Origin: Macrostomum lignano
Taxonomy: Eukaryota
Assembly (NCBI GenBank): GCA_002269645.1
Contig: NIVC01002164.1
Span: 133,553 to 197,552 of the forward strand
Reading direction: 5' to 3'
DNA length: 64,000 nucleotides
The notes under the pieces were generated by a model. That model was not told where the DNA came from. It saw only the letters and a program-made list of their open reading frames with translations, and made no database searches. This document shows positions 38,848 through 50,800 of this stretch, piece after piece. Each line of letters begins with the position of its first letter. Positions within the stretch are counted from its first letter, which is position 1. A program made the translations under genes and the position numbers.

Positions 38848-41800
38848 TCAGCTGGCTGAGCTCTGCTGCTGCACTGGCGCAATGGTGTTGGCCAGGCCGC
38901 CGTATTGGTACTTTGCTTTCTTCTCGCTCGGCTTCAGAATCTGTGGCGAGGTGAGGCAGACTAGCTATTCAAACTCAAGTGGTAACCCTTACTGATAATT
39001 CAACATCTGCATCGATGTGACCTCAGCATCCTCATCAACCAGACCTCAGCATCCTTCATCAACTAGAACTGAGCATCCTTCATCAACTAGACCTCAGCAT
39101 CCTTCATCAACTTGACCTCAGCATCTTTCATCAACTTGACCTCAGCATCTTTCATCAACTTGACCTCAGCATCCTTCATCAACTAGAACTGATCATCCTT
39201 CATCAACTAGAACTAAGCATCCTTCATCAACTAGAACTGAGCATCCTTCATCAACTAGACCTCAACATCCTTCATCAACTAGAACTGAGCATCCTTCATC
39301 AACTAGAACTGAGCATCCTTCATCAACTATACCTCAACATCCTTCATCAACTAGAACTGAGCATCCTTCATCAACTAGAACTGAGCATCCTTCATCAACT
39401 AGAACTGAGCATACTTCATCAACTAGAACTGAGCATCCTTCATCAACCAGACCTCAAGCTACAAACTAATCCCAATTAAAGCGAGCACAGGCACAGGTGA
39501 GCAAACCTGGAAGCTGCACATGAGAGTCTCATCAATGCTCATCATCCCGCCGGCGTTGTCAAATTCGCCGCAGTAGTTCGGCGCCGAGAACAGCGTGACG
39601 AGCTGGCGGCGAGCAAAGAATTCATAGCCGTCTTCCACTACCTGCATGTTTAGCGCAAAACAAGTTTGATTGACAGATGATGCAACAGGCAAAACAGCAT
39701 GCAATCAATCAACTATCCAAATAATTAAAAATGGAAGATGCAGTGGCTCATTGGGGAATTGCTGAGATTCTGTGGCTCATTGGGGAATTGCTGAAATGCT
39801 GTGGCTCATTGGGGAATTGCTGAAATTCTGTGGCTCATTGGGGAATTGCTGAAATGCTGTGGCTCATTGGGGAATTGCTGAAATGCTGTGGCTCATTGGG
39901 GAATTGCTGAAATTCTGTGGCTCATTGGGGAATTGCTGAAATGCTGTGGCTCATTGGGGAATTGCTGAAATGCTGTGGCTCATTGGGGAATTGCTGAAAT
40001 GCTGTGGCTCATTGGGGAATTGCTGAAATTCTGTGGCTCATTGGGGAATTGCTGAAATGCTGTGGCTCATTGGGGAATTACTGAAATGCTGTGGCTCATT
40101 GGGGAATTGCTGAAATGCTGTGGCTCATTGGGGAATTGCTGAAATGCTGCATGGCTCATTGGGGAATTGCTGAGATGCTGTGGCTCATTGGGGAATTGTT
40201 GAAATGTTGTGGCTCATTGGGGGGAATTACTAATGAGGCGGCGTGTTGGTTTGCAGGGTCAGACTCTTGAGTTATTGATCTATATATTTTATTGAACCAA
40301 TGAGCCAATGCCTTCTTACACCCGAAGTGTTCAGATGTACGTATTCACTCTAAGCACTTTATTTATTTTATGCCTTCTGTGCGCGCACTGCACCAACCAC
40401 CCCAATATTATCACTATCGTGTTTGCTATATATCGTTAGTTTTCTCTCGCTTTGAAATCGTGAAATACATTAGCATTTTGACCATGCATAATTAAGCTAG
40501 ACTTGTTTCATTCAATCGACGACACGTCAATGGCGTCGCAAGCAGTTAGACAGAGCCAAGAGCTCAATTTGGAAGATGCAGAGATGGCTGAGGCTTGGAT
40601 GCAACAGCTATCGGCGACAGCACGTATCAAGAAGCTCGCCGACTCCGACGAGGCTCGCGACAAAACTGATTTGTTTCTGTCAAAGGCGGGACTCCAGGCG
40701 ATTCGCACCTTGTCTCTCATGGCAGCGCCAAAAAATTGGAAGATTTAAAATTTGACAACATCAAAACCCTAGTCGACAGCACTATTCGCCCGAAGAAACG
40801 CCTCGTCATCGCGGAGCGCACCAAGTTCCTCAACATAAAACAAGAAGTGGGTGAGAGCGTCATGGTCTACTTCAGGAGACTGAGGGCTGCCGCATCTCTA
40901 TGCGAGTTTGAGACGCTAGGAAGCAAGCAGTCAAAGGAGAACGATATGATCGTCATGCGACTTATTGATGGTCTGATCTCAGCCGAGCACAAAAAGCGAA
41001 TTCTCGAGCGGCTACAAGAGGGTGACCTGCTGCTTGACGGTATTCTGCAGAGCCTTCAACACTTGGAGCAGATCAGAGACTACAACGCTCCCACAACCGC
41101 GGACATTGCTTTCACCAGACAGCACAAAAATGTACCACCTTCAAAGGAAATGGCTAAATGTGGATTCTGTGGCACGAGTCACCCCAGAGGCAACTGTCCC
41201 GCGTTCGGAAAAAAGTGCAGCAAGTGTCAGAAGAAGAACCACTTTTCGGCTGTCTGCAGGTCTCGAGCTGTCCATCTGGAGACAACGGAAACCGATGAGG
41301 CGGAAATATACGCCCTTGGCCCTAACGCAGCAAAGACAGGCCTCTTCAAAACCATCAAGATCAACGGCTGTGGCGTACCAATGCAGATCGACACTGGAGC
41401 GGAGGTCAGCCTCATCCCGCAGAACCTCTGGAGACAACTGGGCCAACCGCCTCTGCGTAATTGCAAAAGGATTCTGCGGCAGTTTGACGGCTCGACCATT
41501 GCCTGTCTCGGCGAGTTCACTGCGTCGCTCGAGACCGACACGAGCTTCGTAACCGTTGATCTAGTCGTCACTGTCTCAGAAAAGAAGCATGGGCTGCTCG
41601 GAATGGATAACATAAAACTGCAAGAAGACTCCGTCACCATCAACAAGATTCAGCAGCTGGGCTGTCTCAAAGGCTTTCAAGCTAAAATCAGGCTCGTGGA
41701 AGGAGCCAGACCGTTCTACTGCGCTGCTCGACCTGTGCCACTGCACCTCAAGGACCTGGTGGTGCACGAGCTGCAGCGGATGGAATCTGAAGGCATCATC

Positions 41801-44800
41801 GAGCCAGTCCCGGCGGGTGGCAGCCAGTGGGCGTCTCCAATAGTCAACGTTCTGAAGCCCAATGGGAAGGTCCGAGTGTGCGCCGACTTCAAGGCCGGAG
41901 TGAACCACCAGATCTGCAATGACACCTACCCGATGCCAGAAATGGAGACCATATTCTCAGAGATCGCGGGCATGACGCACTTCGCCAAACTCGACTTGTC
42001 AGACGCTTACCTGCAGATTGAACTCGAGGAAAATAGCCGAGAAGTAACCACCATTGCAACACCACTAGGCCTCTACCGCTACAAGAGATTGGTTCCTGGT
42101 TTAAAATCAGCGTCATCAATTTTCCAAAAGGCCATGGAAACAATACTGGAGGACGTCAGCAGCAAAATAGTATACCAGGATGATATCCTTCTTGGTGCTA
42201 AGTCCGACTCCGAGCTCAATCAGAAGGTACAGCACGTACTGCAAGCCCTGGAGTCAGCCGGCATGACCATCAACCTGGACAAATCGAATCTAAAAGCAAC
42301 AGAAATCTCATTCCTCGGCTACAAGATTAGCGCCGCTGGAATCACGCCGGACCCGGACCTGGTAGAAAAAATCCGCTCGGTAAAACCGCCCAAGGACAAA
42401 AAGCAGTTAGAATCTTTCCTAGGACTCGCGAACTTCTTTGGGAGGTTCATCAGGAGCTACTCTGACATCGTCGAGCCGCTCAATCAGCTGCGAGCCCGAG
42501 CTGCTGAGTTCAACTGGGGTCCGGCTGCGCAATCAGCGTTCTCGCTCATCAAGGACATTCTCAGCCGAGGACCGGTCATCAAACCGTACGACAAGCGCAA
42601 GGAAACGACGCTCACCACCGATGCCAGCGAGAAGGCGATCGGAGCGATTCTGTCACAAGATGGTCACCCGATAATGTACTTCAGCAGGCGGCTGAGCAGC
42701 ACCGAGACGCGCTACTCAAACATAGAGAGAGAGGCACTCGCAATCGTCTGGGCCATGGAGCGTGCTAAACAATTTCTGCTGGGATCGCGCTTTACACTAA
42801 GAACCGATCACCGCCCGCTGGAGTTCATCTTCGGCTCGAGACGCCAACTGCCGAAAGTCGCAAATGCCAGGCTGCTTCGGTGGGCCATAAAACTAATGGC
42901 TTTCGACTACGATATCGTCTACACGAAAGGCGAGTCGATCCCGCAGGTCGATGCGCTGTCACGGCTAGACTTCGATGGTGACGGCTCCGAGAACCAGACT
43001 GAGCAGTGGCTGGAGAGCATTATCCACTGGACAGCGGAGGCTGTTATCCCATGGCAGGAACTCAAGGCCGAAACCCAGAGGGAGAGGCTGCTGATGGATG
43101 TCACAAAGCGAGTCGTCACTAACAGATGGTCGAACTGCTCTCCGGCTGAAAGACCGTTCAAAGCGGCCCGGAATGCTCTGATTGTCGAGGACGGAGTTCT
43201 CTGCTATGGCGACCGGGCGGTCATTCCGGCCGTCCTCCGGCAAAAAGTTCTTCGACTTGTGCACAACGACACGCATCAAGGGTCCGGCTCGACGCGCGCT
43301 CGCCTGCAGAACTCCGCCTGGTGGCCCGGCTACTGCAACGACGTGGAGGTCTTCATTCGCAACTGTCCAACCTGCTCGAGACTGCGGCCAAGCGGTTCGG
43401 CGGCTGTCCATCGGTGGCCGGAGGAGCAGGAGGCCTGGCACAGGGTACACATGGACCACGCAAACGTTCCAAAGGCCGGGCTGCTGCTAATTCTGGTCGA
43501 CGCGATGTCCGGCTGGCCGGAGGCTGTACGAGTGCCTAACAGAGACGCGGCCACTGTCAAGCGAGTGCTGCAGTCCGTCTTCGCAAGAACCGGTGTGCCC
43601 CACGTGCTCGTCAGCGACAATGCAGCCGAGTTTCATGATGCCAATCTGCTCGCCTGGCTAGAGAGAATCGGCTGCCGCGCTGTAAAAACGCCACCGAGAC
43701 ATCCGCAATCCAACGGCTTGGCGGAGCGGATGGTCCAGTCCATCAAAAGAGCATCAGCAGCCTGGGATCAGCGATCAGAGCCCTACGACTCATTTCTGTC
43801 CAGGCTGCTCCTCAACTACAGATGCGTGCCGCACGCAGGCCGAATGCAGAGCCCGGCGCAGCTCATGGGTCGGCAGCTGCGCAACCCGATCACCATGCAG
43901 ACCCCCATCGGAGCAAGCGTCTGGTACACACCCGGTGGCAAACAGGAGCAAGAGCAAGCCGAGTTCGTGGCACAGAAGGGCACAAACACGGCACTGATCG
44001 CTCGACACGGAGGTCAGGTCACCCTTGCTCACGCCGACCAGCTGAGTCCGGTCATTGAGCAGCCGACTAAGCCAGCCCAGCAGCAGCCAGACAATCCTAT
44101 CGATCTCCGGACTGGCGAGCAGCTCGCCCAGCATCAGCCCGACGATCTCGATCAAGACCAGCCAAGCGGATTCGGCGAGCCCGCCAAGAGCCAGAGCGCC
44201 GCTACCCGGTGCGTGCGAACCGAGGCGTGCCGCCGGTTCGATTCGAGGGGGGGAGATGAGGCGGCGTGTTGGTTTGCAGGGTCAGACTCTTGAGTTATTG
44301 ATCTATATATTTTATTGAACCAATGAGCCAATGCCTTCTTACACCCGAAGTGTTCAGATGTACGTATTCACTCTAAGCACTTTATTTATTTTATGCCTTC
44401 TGTGCGCGCACTGCACCAACCACCCCAATATTATCACTATCGTGTTTGCTATATATCGTTAGTTTTCTCTCGCTTTGAAATCGTGAAATACATTAGCATT
44501 TTGACCATGCATAATTAAGCTAGACTTGTTTCATTCAATCGACGACACGTCAACTAAGATGCTGTGGCTCATTGGGGGGAATTACTGAGATGTCAAAGCT
44601 CATGGGGGGAATTTCTGAGATGCTGTGGCTCATGATGGGGGGGGGGGAATTACTGAGATGTCAAGGCTCATGAGGGAATTGCTGAAGGCCTGTCTCACAC
44701 ATGAACTGCAAAGCTATCATCTGTGGCTAAGACTATCCGTCAGCTCGAAGACAACAGCGCTCACCTGGTGCGCCCTGCAGATGAGGTCCAAGTCGAATCT

Positions 44801-47800
44801 ATTCAGAAACTTCGCCACCACATCGGCGCCGAACGTGAACGAGACGCCCCGGTCGTTCTCGCCCCAGCCCGTGACGTCTTTGTCCGGATCGGACCAGAGC
44901 AGGTCGCACAGCAGCCCCGTGTCCGGCACGTCTGTCGGCCGCATGATGCGACGAACCTCAAAGTAGGCAAAGAGTTTAAAAAAACTGAATTAGACTGGAT
45001 GACAGCTTTAAAGCAACGCAGCTGTGCCCGTTTTCATGACCCGAGCACACACGGGGTGTACAGCGGCCCTGTGATGGCCCCTCAGGAGCGTGAATCGCAT
45101 AATTTGACGCATAACCACAGAGCCAGCGCATACCTGTTCCAGGCTCTGCAGGTCGGGCGACAAGCCGCCGTGGCAGCAGAAGATTTTCTCGTCAATAACG
45201 GCAGCAATCGGCAGGCAGTTGAAGCAGTCTGTGAAGGTCTTCCACAGCCGGATGCTGAATCGCCGTTTGCACTCGTCATAAAAGCCGTAGATCCGGTTGA
45301 TGCTGGCGCACTCGTGATTGCCGCGGAGTAGGAAGAAATTCTCGGGAAATTTCACTTTGTAGGCCAGCAGCAAGCAGATGGTCTCCAGCGATTGGTGGCC
45401 GCGATCCACGTAGTCTCCGAGGAACAGGTAGTTGCTCTCCGGCGGGAAGCCGCCATACTCAAACAGGCGCAGCAGGTCCGTGTACTGGCCGTGGATGTCG
45501 CCGCATACCTTCAGCGGGGCTTCCAGCTCCAGCAGGATCGGCTGCTGCAGGAAAATCTCCCGACTGCGCAGGCAGAGAGCGCGGATCTCCTCCTCAGTCA
45601 TCTGAACTGCCTTGCCAGGGCGGAAGCCGCGCACTGTGATGGATAGAGGGCGAGGGAGGCCTTCTGTAGCCCTGGCAGGAAATATGATTGTTATGGCAGT
45701 ATGGGGCTGGCAGTGGCAGTGCCTGAGGATCTGGGGAGATGTGGCTCAGAGTCTGAGGATCTAGGAAGATTGTGGCCCAGTGGTTGAGGATTGGGAGATG
45801 GTGGCTTCAGGTGTGAGGATCTGGGAAGATGGTAGCCCAATCAATGTCTTAAGAATCTTAGAATACCCAATGGAAAACCAAAAAATAAAAATTAATTAAA
45901 AATTTAATACTTATAAAAATTTAGACATAATATTAGTATAACAATATATATCAAGTAATATTAGTAAAATTAGTAAAACTCACTAAGCATAAAATTGCCA
46001 AAAAATACTTCAAATAGCATTCTTTAAGTGTGCATCCCATTTTGGCAAAGCTTTTTTACTTTTATTAATATAAATAGAGCCTACTATATTATATTAGATC
46101 TAGATATTAATATTATCTTTATAGCAGAAAAATATAAAGTAATAATCTATAATAGATTAGCATTCTTTTATTAAAAAGTATCAATTCTCCTACCTTTAGA
46201 AAGTGCATTTGGTTCATTAAAATTTTACTTAAGCAAAGAAGAATAAAACAAAATTATGATTCAAGCTATTCTATAACAAACAATGAAAAATATTTTTGGA
46301 TGTTTATTATGATATTTTTTTATCAATTAACAAATCACATTTGATTAAAATTGTTTCTTTTCAATAAAACTTTATTATAGCAAATTATGTCAATAAACTT
46401 AAATGACTTTCATTAGAACTTTATTTATATGATAATTGACAAGTAAATATTATTAATGTCACAAAATTATTATTAGTATCAATCATAGATGTATAACACT
46501 ACTTGATGGGAGTTGGATAAAATTTAATTCATGATAATATATAACAAACAACCTTTAATTTTTGTATATAATATATACATTAGGCAATTCTAATGAATCT
46601 TTGTCTTTTTGCATTATGGATTCTAGAGGCATAAGACCAAGATGGCCACAACATTGAATCTCTATTATATCTACTTTCTCTCTACCATTAATTAGCAACT
46701 TAATAGCTATTGTTATATTGATTATTATATAATGGGTTTAATCAATCATATTTATAAATACTGCTACAAAAATAGATTTGAAACTAATTACCAATAATAC
46801 AAAAACTTTAATAATTTTTTGGTGTTTATGCCAATTTATTCCCTATTATTATATTTATCAAATCTATTACTATCAGTTTAACAAAAAACCATTGTTAATG
46901 GTAATGCTATGCAAAAAATAGAATAAATATGCAATAAAATTTTCTTTTGTACTAGGCTACTTGCTTTATTTAGCAGATAAATATCTATAGGTCAGGCTAC
47001 AATAAAAAAATGCCTAAGGGAATGATTATAATGTAATATAGTTCTACAATAGTATCTACCTCCTTAAGACTTGAAGATCTACGCCTAATACAAACTAATA
47101 CCAATAGGAAATAAGTAAAATATATAGACCTAGGCTTATCATTCTCTATTTAGACATTAAGAGCTATGGCCATCTTGGTGTGTGGCCATCTTGGTCCCCA
47201 TTGGAGCAAATAGGGGTTTTTGTGGATAGCATCTGGAGCACTTGTGAAAAATTGCCTGTGTAGCAACTTAATGATGTTATGCACCTTATGCACGTAACAT
47301 CAGTATAAGTATATAGATATATAACAAACAGTGCACCCTTGTGCCCCTGCACAAGCATTAGTGATGGATTGAAATTTGATTTCGATTTTCCAAATTTTGA
47401 ACCTAATTTTGCATCAAAATAATTTCAATTTCAATTTTGAATTTTGAAACTCATCATTTCAACTTTTAAAAAATTATTTTGAAATGTTGGTTATGTTTTA
47501 ACAATTATGCATTCATGACCATGTTATACAAGTAAGAAAATCTGTAGGAAGTGAAAGGAAGCGTGGTTCAAAGACTCAGTGGGGAGGCAAGAATCGCCTT
47601 TTCTGCAAGAAAAGATTGCGCGGGGCACGTACATTGCTCCAGGTTTTGTGCTGCACTCACCTCAACCTTCATGGAAGCCCACTGGCTGAATTCATTGGCT
47701 GTAGAATTTAATTGGTTAAAGACTTTTAAAGACTTAATGAAATCGATATATCTATATGTAGATCTCTAGTTCAAACAGTGTTGAATGATAATACACTTTC

Positions 47801-50800
47801 TATTAAGTATAATGTATAATATGAGCATACACCTGCTTTTTCTATTTTGTAAGTTTTTTAAGCAAGTAATTTCAAGTATTTAGGTTTAAACACCAAAGAT
47901 ATTAGAAAAACATGTAAGCTTGTGCATGCAATACAGATGCAAGTTGTTACTTTTTTGCATAATTAGCAAAAATTCAAGTTTGTTTAACTTAAAAAAATTC
48001 TAATCCAATTTCATTTTCGATTTTGGTTCCAGAAAAACAAAAATTTCAATTTTAATACAAAAAATAATTTTGATCCATCACTAACTAGCATCTTTGCCAT
48101 ATTGTGGAAGGTGTAGTATCTGCCAGAAAATCCTAGCATATAAATGCTTTAGCTGGCAAACATCTGGCATAAAAGTAAGAAATACAATATTCAAAAACAA
48201 TCATTGGCTTACAATTCTTAACTATACTTGTTCAAGCTTTCGGTGCAACATACAAAAGCATTAAAGTATATGACATCATTGTATAAATAATACTAAATAA
48301 TATTTGCTATAAAGAGTTAATTTGCAAAATCATGACAAAAAAATAGATTTTTAAACATATAATAAAACTTTCTTTAGTTTTTAGTAAGAAATATAACTTA
48401 ATCAATAATAAGTTTAACATTTTAATTTTACTAATTCTTTTTTTCAAGTTATATAGGTTCTCAATTTTATTTTTTCTTATGGTAAATTATTTGCTACACC
48501 TAAGCTTGATTGTTGCATTGTTTTTATGATTGTTAATCACACATTTTTATTGGCATCAATTTACTAAAATGCTTAATTGGCATACTTTATTGGCATACAC
48601 TTTATCAGAAAGTCAGATACTTTCTGGCATACATATAACACAATCCACAATATAGGCATCTTGTGTGCTTTATAAATTTATGTTTTATAATACATTTATA
48701 TATACGATTTGCCACCTGATTGGAGTGATTGCATATTTGCACTCTTTTAAAACCAATTGCGCACCTGCCAGGATGGAATTCTTGCTTAGGGGTAGGAAAA
48801 CGCTTGCGCACATTTTTGGAGCAGTGCGCAAGCACGCATGCCAACTATAAAAAAGTCATAATGCAGATCATGGCGGGCCCATGCACTAAAAAATGAAATT
48901 TCTAGTTTTTCAATTCTTACGCCAATGTAAATTAAAAATTTGTACTTTAAGTGTAAATTAGCTTGAACACTGAAATATTCTTTAAAAATTATAAGTTTTA
49001 CTAAACTTTAAAGTAACTTCCTATATACTAAAAATGAAATGTCTGTGTGTATGTGTGAGATAGATTCCAGAAAAAACGGCTCAACCGATTTTCTTCAAAC
49101 TTGCACCATTCGATCAGAAATTTTCCTGGGACGGTACATGCATCTTGGCTAAGAAATAGCTCAATGTTAAAGGGATTAAATATTCGAAAAACATGCTTTT
49201 TTGCAAAGATCAAGCAGCTCTTTCGACCTGAAATGCATTGTAAGAATGCTAGAGAAAAAACTGACTGACTGAATTCCGATTGTGATAAAGATTGCATCAC
49301 AACAAGTTGAAAACAGTGCCTAAGAAATGCACACACGACATGATTTAAATTGCGTAACCATATTGCTAACTTGAAGTGAGACTGATACTGGCTGACTGAG
49401 AAATTGATTATGTCATAACTTTTCACTCCAATTGAGTTGCTGTAAGAATTGAATTATAAGGGCCACAATTCATGTTCTCCAATTGAAAAGAGATAGCCCT
49501 GATGCGAACAGACTGAAATGCTAATGTAGCGACCTGGGTTCGAATCTTAGAAGCGGAAAATAATTTTTTTATTAAAACACCTTAAAAACAAAAAAACTGC
49601 TAAACATAAAAAAGCGCAATAGAAGAGCCACCATGTCAAACCTAAAGAAGCCACCATGTCGAATATTAAAGAACCACCATGTCGAACATAAAAGAGCCAC
49701 CATATCGAACATAAAAGAGTTACCATGTTAAAAATTAAAGAGCCACCATGTCGAACATTAAAGAGCCACCTTGTCAAACATAAAACAGCCACCATTTCGA
49801 AAATTAAAGAGCCACAATGTCAAACTTTAAAGAGCCACCATGTCGAACATAGAAGAGCCACCATGTCGAACATAAAACAGACACCATTAAGAACATTAAA
49901 GAGCCACCATTTCAAACCTAAAGGAGCCACCATGTCAAACATTAAAGAGCCACAATGTCAAACATTAAAGAGCCACCATTTCAAACCTAAAGGAGCCACC
50001 ATGTCGAACATTAAAAAGCCACCATGTCGAACATAAAAGAGCCACCATATCGAACATAAAAGAGTTACCATGTCAAACATTAAAGAGCCACCATGTCGAA
50101 CATTAAAGAGCCACCATGTCGAACATTCAATAGCCACCATGTCAAACATTAAAGAGCCACCATGTCGAACATAGAAGAGCCACCATGTCGAACATAAAAC
50201 AGACACCATTAAGAACATTAAAGAGCCACCATTTCAAACCTAAAGGAGCCACCATGTCGAACATTAAAGAGCCACAATGTCAAACATTAAAGAGCCACCA
50301 TTTCAAACCTAAAGGAGCCACCATGTCGAACATTAAAAAGCCACCATGTCGAACATAAAAGAGCCACCATATCAAACATAAAAGAGTTACCATGTCAAAC
50401 ATTAAAGAGCCACCATGTTGAACATTTAAGAGCCACCATGTCGAACATTCAATAGCCACCATGTCAAACATTAAAGAGCCACCATGTCAAACATTAAAGA
50501 GCCACCATGTCGAACATAAAAGAGCCACCATATCAAACATAAAAGAGTTACCATGTCAAACATTAAAGAGCCACCATGTCGAACAATAAAGAGCCACATT
50601 GTCAAGCATTAAAGACCCACCATTACAAACCTAAAAGAGCCACCATGTCAAACATTAAAGAGCCACCATGTCGAACATTAAAGAGCCACCTTGTCAAATA
50701 TTAAAGAGCCACCATTTCAAACCTAAAGAAGCCACCATGTCGAACATACAAGAGCCACCATGTCGAACAATAAAAAGCCACCATGTCAAACATAAAAGAG

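Larger units (their letters stand above)
40234..44552 (+). mobile_element. Full-length Ty3/Gypsy LTR retrotransposon (Mag-like), 4319 bp
   Basis: TG..CA LTRs at 40234-40529 and 44257-44552; ACTAA 5-bp TSD (40229-40233 and 44553-44557); PBS TGGCGTCGC at 40531; polypurine tract AGGGGGGGAGA at 44246-44256; PR-RT-RH-IN domain order. Confidence 0.97.

Noticed and set aside
47640-47700. Candidate PP1 exon 1 ending at a GTGAGT donor
   Set aside because: The required phase has an in-frame stop and no PP1 similarity; the true exon 1 is at 52278-52329.
49490-49550. tRNA gene suggested by a GGTTCGAATC B-box
   Set aside because: No cloverleaf or acceptor stem could be built; at most a SINE or tRNA relic.
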